Shown here piece after piece: positions 15,565 through 18,655 of a stretch of DNA of 18,655 nt. How positions within the stretch are numbered: position 1 is the first letter of the stretch; the number at the start of each line of letters is the position of its first letter. Origin of the DNA: an uncultured archaeon (GTDB lineage Archaea; Altiarchaeota; Altiarchaeia; JAFGQM01); NCBI GenBank assembly GCA_964592405.1, contig CAZQBY010000001.1, positions 142,837 to 161,491 on the forward strand, read 5' to 3'. A program made the translations under genes and the position numbers. Below the pieces are notes generated by a model. The model was not told the origin of the DNA and searched no databases. It saw only the letters and a program-made list of their open reading frames with translations.

Positions 15565-15640
15565 TGCTGTCACCCCCATATGTAGGTGTGCATTGCCTCT
15601 CCATTTGCAGGTATGCACATTGTAGGTATGAACCTAAAAG

Positions 15641-15648
15641 TATAAAAA
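15641..15648 (-). promoter_or_regulatory. TATA box for the Tyr-rich protein gene
   Basis: TTTTTATA on the - strand, 77 nt upstream of the ATG at 15564. Confidence 0.5.
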
Positions 15649-15681
15649 CAACAAAAACAACAAAAACAACACAAAAACAAC
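15644..15681. repeat. Tandem 9-mer AAAAACAAC x4
   Basis: Units at 15644, 15653, 15662 and, after a 2-nt AC insert, 15673. Confidence 0.9.
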
Positions 15682-15749
15682 AAATCTGTGGGAGTTTATT
15701 TAGTTGTCTCTGAAATGTAGTATCCTTTTTATGCTTGTATGTGTAAAAC

Positions 15750-15773
15750 TAATTCAGAAGATAATTCAGAAGA
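15750..15773 (+). repeat. Tandem 12-mer TAATTCAGAAGA x2 ending at the TrmB start codon
   Basis: Exact copies at 15750-15761 and 15762-15773. Confidence 0.85.
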
Positions 15774-16603
15774 TGGAAAAGCTTGTGTCCATACTCAGAA
15801 AACTTGGCCTCAACAGATATGAGTCAAAGGCCTATCTTGCGCTGGTCTCATCCGGCATCAGCACAGCCGGAAAACTCGCGGAGAGGTCAGGGATTCCAAG
15901 AGCCAAGGTTTATGAGGTTCTCAGAAGCCTTGAGCGGCAGGGATTTGCAGTCTCAACATCAACACGCCCATCTAAATTCAAATCTGTCCCACTGGATGAT
16001 GTAATCAGAAAACTCACAGATGCAGCCAAGAAGGAATACGAGCACAGGATCGAGCAGATATCTGAGATTCACAAGGAGCTCCGGAAAAGTCTCATGGATC
16101 TGGAGAAGGACACCGGTGGTGAGGAAGAGGTTGTCTGGATAATCCGTGGCAGGGACAATCTTTACAACACAATCGACAAGCTTGTAAAAGAGTCCAGAAG
16201 CAAGGTTCTGGCTGCTACAACTGAAAAGGGCATAATCAGAAAGCTCTTCCGGCACAAGAACAGTCTTGTAGATGCAGTAAGGAGGGGAGTGGACGTCCGG
16301 CTTCTGGCACCAATAACCAAGGCAAATGCCGAGATTGTCAGGGACGCAGTTGAGGAATTCCTGCTTCACCACGGCAATTCAGTATCGGCCCGATTCGTCT
16401 TGAGCGATGATCAAAGGGGTCTTATAATACTCCATTCCGATGAGGATGGTGTAACCCACCATACGGAAACAGGCCTCCTGATAAATAGCCCCTATTTTAT
16501 AAAGGCACTGGGCCACCTGTTTGAACACAAGTGGGAAAAGACCATTCCGCTGGATCACAGACTCAGGGAGCTGAACACGGCTACGGCTCCTCCGGAAAAC
16601 TAG
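15773..16603 (+). CDS. TrmB-family transcriptional regulator
   Basis: LRKLGLNRYESKAYLAL...TAGKLAERSGIPRAKVYEVLRSLERQGF...RPSKFKSVP is the TrmB winged HTH; VWIIRGRDN and RGVDVRLL motifs match the C-terminal effector domain. Start placed at ATG 15773 rather than TTG 15704. Confidence 0.92.
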   Translation: MEKLVSILRKLGLNRYESKAYLALVSSGISTAGKLAERSGIPRAKVYEVLRSLERQGFAVSTSTRPSKFKSVPLDDVIRKLTDAAKKEYEHRIEQISEIHKELRKSLMDLEKDTGGEEEVVWIIRGRDNLYNTIDKLVKESRSKVLAATTEKGIIRKLFRHKNSLVDAVRRGVDVRLLAPITKANAEIVRDAVEEFLLHHGNSVSARFVLSDDQRGLIILHSDEDGVTHHTETGLLINSPYFIKALGHLFEHKWEKTIPLDHRLRELNTATAPPEN

Positions 16604-16671
16604 ATTATCTGGATGTCACATACAAGACCCCTCTCTCAAGGTAAAGTAAGATTGTCTTACCTTATTTTGTC

Positions 16672-17067
16672 TTACTTTATGGAGACCTTCCAGCCCTTCT
16701 TTGCCGCCTTGAGCTTCTTGGCCCTTATCTCAAGCACACCATTTGTGTAGGTTGCGCTCACACCCTTTGGGTCTATCTCACAGGGCATGGTGTATGTCGA
16801 CTTGAATTCAAAATATCTGGAACCGGCCTTGTAGAGATTCTTCCTCTTGATTTCCTTCTTCTTTTTTGATTCCACAGAGACCCTTATGGAGTCCTCTGAG
16901 GCCTCAATATTAATATCCTTCTTTTCGACTCCTGGAAGCTCTATGGTGAGTATGATCTCCTTGTCTGTTTCCGCGATGTCCGAATAGGTTCTCACACCCT
17001 CGCGCTCAAAATATGGACGGGCCATAGATTCTTCTATCATCCGTTGTATCTCATCAAAAAGGGCCAT
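16672..17067 (-). CDS. Small heat-shock protein, Hsp20/alpha-crystallin family
   Basis: DIAETDKEIILTIELPGVEKKDI...ATYTNGVLEI; strong RBS GGTGATCC at 17071-17078. Confidence 0.94.
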   Translation of the reverse strand: MALFDEIQRMIEESMARPYFEREGVRTYSDIAETDKEIILTIELPGVEKKDINIEASEDSIRVSVESKKKKEIKRKNLYKAGSRYFEFKSTYTMPCEIDPKGVSATYTNGVLEIRAKKLKAAKKGWKVSIK

Positions 17068-17092
17068 CCTGGATCACCAGTATTATAGAAAT

Positions 17093-17117
17093 GCGAAAAA
17101 TAAAAATTTTTTATCGC
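17093..17117 (-). promoter_or_regulatory. Probable Hsp20 promoter (BRE/TATA-like) within an imperfect palindrome
   Basis: - strand GCGATAAAAAATTTTTATTTTTCGC, 26-50 nt upstream of the ATG. Confidence 0.45.
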
Positions 17118-17142
17118 AGCTATCCGCCAAAGCGCGGGCAGG

Positions 17143-17808
17143 TCATTTGATTCTGGATACTGCATCTTCCACTTCATAAATCGAGCTGATGGAGGCATCC
17201 ACGCTGACATCCTCCGGCAGCTCCTGCCCCCCTGATATCCATATGGTTTTCATTCCAATCCTTTTGGCAGGGGCAATGTCCTTACCCAGACTATCGCCCA
17301 CATAAATGCATTCCTCGGCTTTGACACCTGCCAGTTCCAGTGCCTTCAGGAAGGGCTCCTCGTGGGGTTTGCTATTTTTTGTGTTATCTACAGATACAAC
17401 ATATCTGAAAACCGATTTGTTTATTCCCAGAGTATCAAGGACTTTATCTAGAAGCTCCTCAAGAACATTCGTGATTATGCCAAGTTCATACCGTCTGCCA
17501 AGTCTTTTCAGGATCTCCCCAAGCCTTTTGTCAGGCTGCAGAAACTCCTTTGGATTTAATCTTGCCATATATCTGTGCATCTCCAGCCTGGAGATTCCCA
17601 GTTCTCCCATCACAGCCACCTTTGTGACATAGGGCAGTCTGTTCTTTAGTTCTTCTCTTGTTTTTTTGAACAATGCCTTTGCCTCCTCATATGTTATCCC
17701 TCTGGCCTCACTCAGCTGTTTTATGGGCTGCTTTGACTGGGCATCTCTAAACTCTGGATTATGGTAGAGTGTATCCCCCACATCAAAAAAGATGGCCTTT
17801 ATTGTCAT
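17143..17808 (-). CDS. HAD-superfamily hydrolase, subfamily IA
   Basis: Start at MTIKAIFFDVGDTLY (motif I); GIITN (II), KPHEEPF (III), YVGDSLGKDIAPAKRIGM (IV). The track's 61-aa N-terminal extension is unlikely. Confidence 0.93.
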   Translation of the reverse strand: MTIKAIFFDVGDTLYHNPEFRDAQSKQPIKQLSEARGITYEEAKALFKKTREELKNRLPYVTKVAVMGELGISRLEMHRYMARLNPKEFLQPDKRLGEILKRLGRRYELGIITNVLEELLDKVLDTLGINKSVFRYVVSVDNTKNSKPHEEPFLKALELAGVKAEECIYVGDSLGKDIAPAKRIGMKTIWISGGQELPEDVSVDASISSIYEVEDAVSRIK

Positions 17809-17991
17809 ATCCCTTTCTATTAGCTGACAAAAATAAAAATCCGGCATTTCCGCCCGGACAGCCGCGGCCTGTTCTTGGACCTTCCCCGGGTTTGTTGGAC
17901 ACAGCGCCGGAAAAGAGAGTGCCGAGATAATAACCATCGGCAGGACCAAAGAGGAAACGCTGAAGAATGCCCAGAAGCTATTCAGTGTCAC

Positions 17992-18321
17992 CTACTCTTT
18001 TAATGAGCCTAGCCTTTTTACCAGCTCGCTGAAAACCTCCTCCTTCTTCTCTTCGGGCAGGTGGAACAGGATCTTTGATATCATCGCGGAAGAGACCGTG
18101 AAGATGTAGTTGGGTTTTACCACGCTATCCTTAATCGCACCATCCTCTTTAGTCAATGGAATCCCACTCATCCTGAGGTTGCTCGTTATCCCTGCGACAA
18201 CCACATTGTCCTTCTCTTCGAACAGAACCAGGGCGGGCCTGACTTTGACTTCGAACGTGTCTACGAATTGTATTCTCGTTAGGACTACATCACCGGCTCT
18301 AAGCGCTCTCCCATGCTTCAT
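17992..18321 (-). CDS. Type II toxin, PemK/MazF family endoribonuclease
   Basis: GDVVLTRIQFVDTFEVKVRPALVL...VAGITSN matches the PemK pattern; overlaps the upstream small gene by 23 nt. Confidence 0.88.
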   Translation of the reverse strand: MKHGRALRAGDVVLTRIQFVDTFEVKVRPALVLFEEKDNVVVAGITSNLRMSGIPLTKEDGAIKDSVVKPNYIFTVSSAMISKILFHLPEEKKEEVFSELVKRLGSLKE

Positions 18322-18520
18322 CCTCTTTGTTGTCCCACAGTTCCTGCATCTTCTGCTGTTGTATCTTGTGCAGGAATTCGTCGTACTGGTTCCGCTCCTT
18401 CACGGCCCTGTATGTCTCAATCATGCGGGATATCAGCTCGTTGTAGGTCTGCCGGGGGTACTCCTTGGATTCCTTCAAGGATTTCGCTACGGATTTTTCC
18501 ACCTGGATAGTCGTGTACAT
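18299..18520 (-). CDS. Cognate antitoxin, ribbon-helix-helix-like
   Basis: 73 aa; MYTTIQV strand then helices with TYNELISRMI; acidic WDNKEDEAW tail; directly upstream of and overlapping the toxin. Confidence 0.8.
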   Translation of the reverse strand: MYTTIQVEKSVAKSLKESKEYPRQTYNELISRMIETYRAVKERNQYDEFLHKIQQQKMQELWDNKEDEAWESA

Positions 18521-18559
18521 TATAGACCCCCTATAGTTTGTTATAACTAATATATAACT
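18521..18559 (-). promoter_or_regulatory. TA promoter/operator region
   Basis: TTATATA box on the - strand (18551-18557), palindrome GTTATAAC (18540-18547), TATAACT twice. Confidence 0.5.
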
Positions 18560-18655
18560 TATGAGAATAAAAACCGGCTCTCACAATGCCACCTCACAAA
18601 ACAGAAAACTGAGGACTGAAGACCTCAAGCCTGAGAGTGCCCGAGCCGGGATGGC

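Noticed and set aside
15704-15772. TTG-start extension of TrmB
   Set aside because: It covers the promoter and repeat region; the TrmB fold begins at MEKL.
17809-17991. 61-aa N-terminal extension of the HAD hydrolase
   Set aside because: HAD motif I normally sits within the first ~10 residues, and a TTTTTATT element lies upstream of the 17808 ATG.
1-18655. Diversity-generating retroelement, provirus or IS element
   Set aside because: No reverse transcriptase, integrase, transposase or capsid gene, and no template/variable repeat pair noticed by eye; a self-alignment would be needed to exclude it fully.

Overview
Archaeal window: it has a stand-alone rpl40e, TTTTTATA boxes and GGTGA/GAGGTGA ribosome-binding sites. 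The repertoire of cysteine-rich surface proteins suggests a DPANN-type lineage, but that is inference only. After rpl40e comes a ~15.3 kb block of eight secreted or membrane-anchored proteins. On the + strand a translationally coupled pair encodes a 1511-aa N-anchored beta-sandwich/TSP3-repeat protein and an 877-aa secreted Cys-rich protein with a basic amphipathic C-terminal region. On the - strand six genes encode a tiny ~40% Tyr secreted peptide, a CGDGxC-repeat protein, two COG1470/NEW3-like Ig-domain proteins, a Glu/Lys-rich protein and an acidic PKD protein. A TrmB-family regulator is divergently placed next to the - strand genes, followed by Hsp20, a HAD hydrolase and a PemK/MazF toxin-antitoxin pair. 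Best leads: a shared [PA][AT]GA[AI]x motif before the C-terminal membrane anchor of four adjacent proteins (candidate sorting signal), the stalk-plus-effector-like gene pair, the Tyr-rich peptide, and tandem repeats abutting the cluster's promoters.
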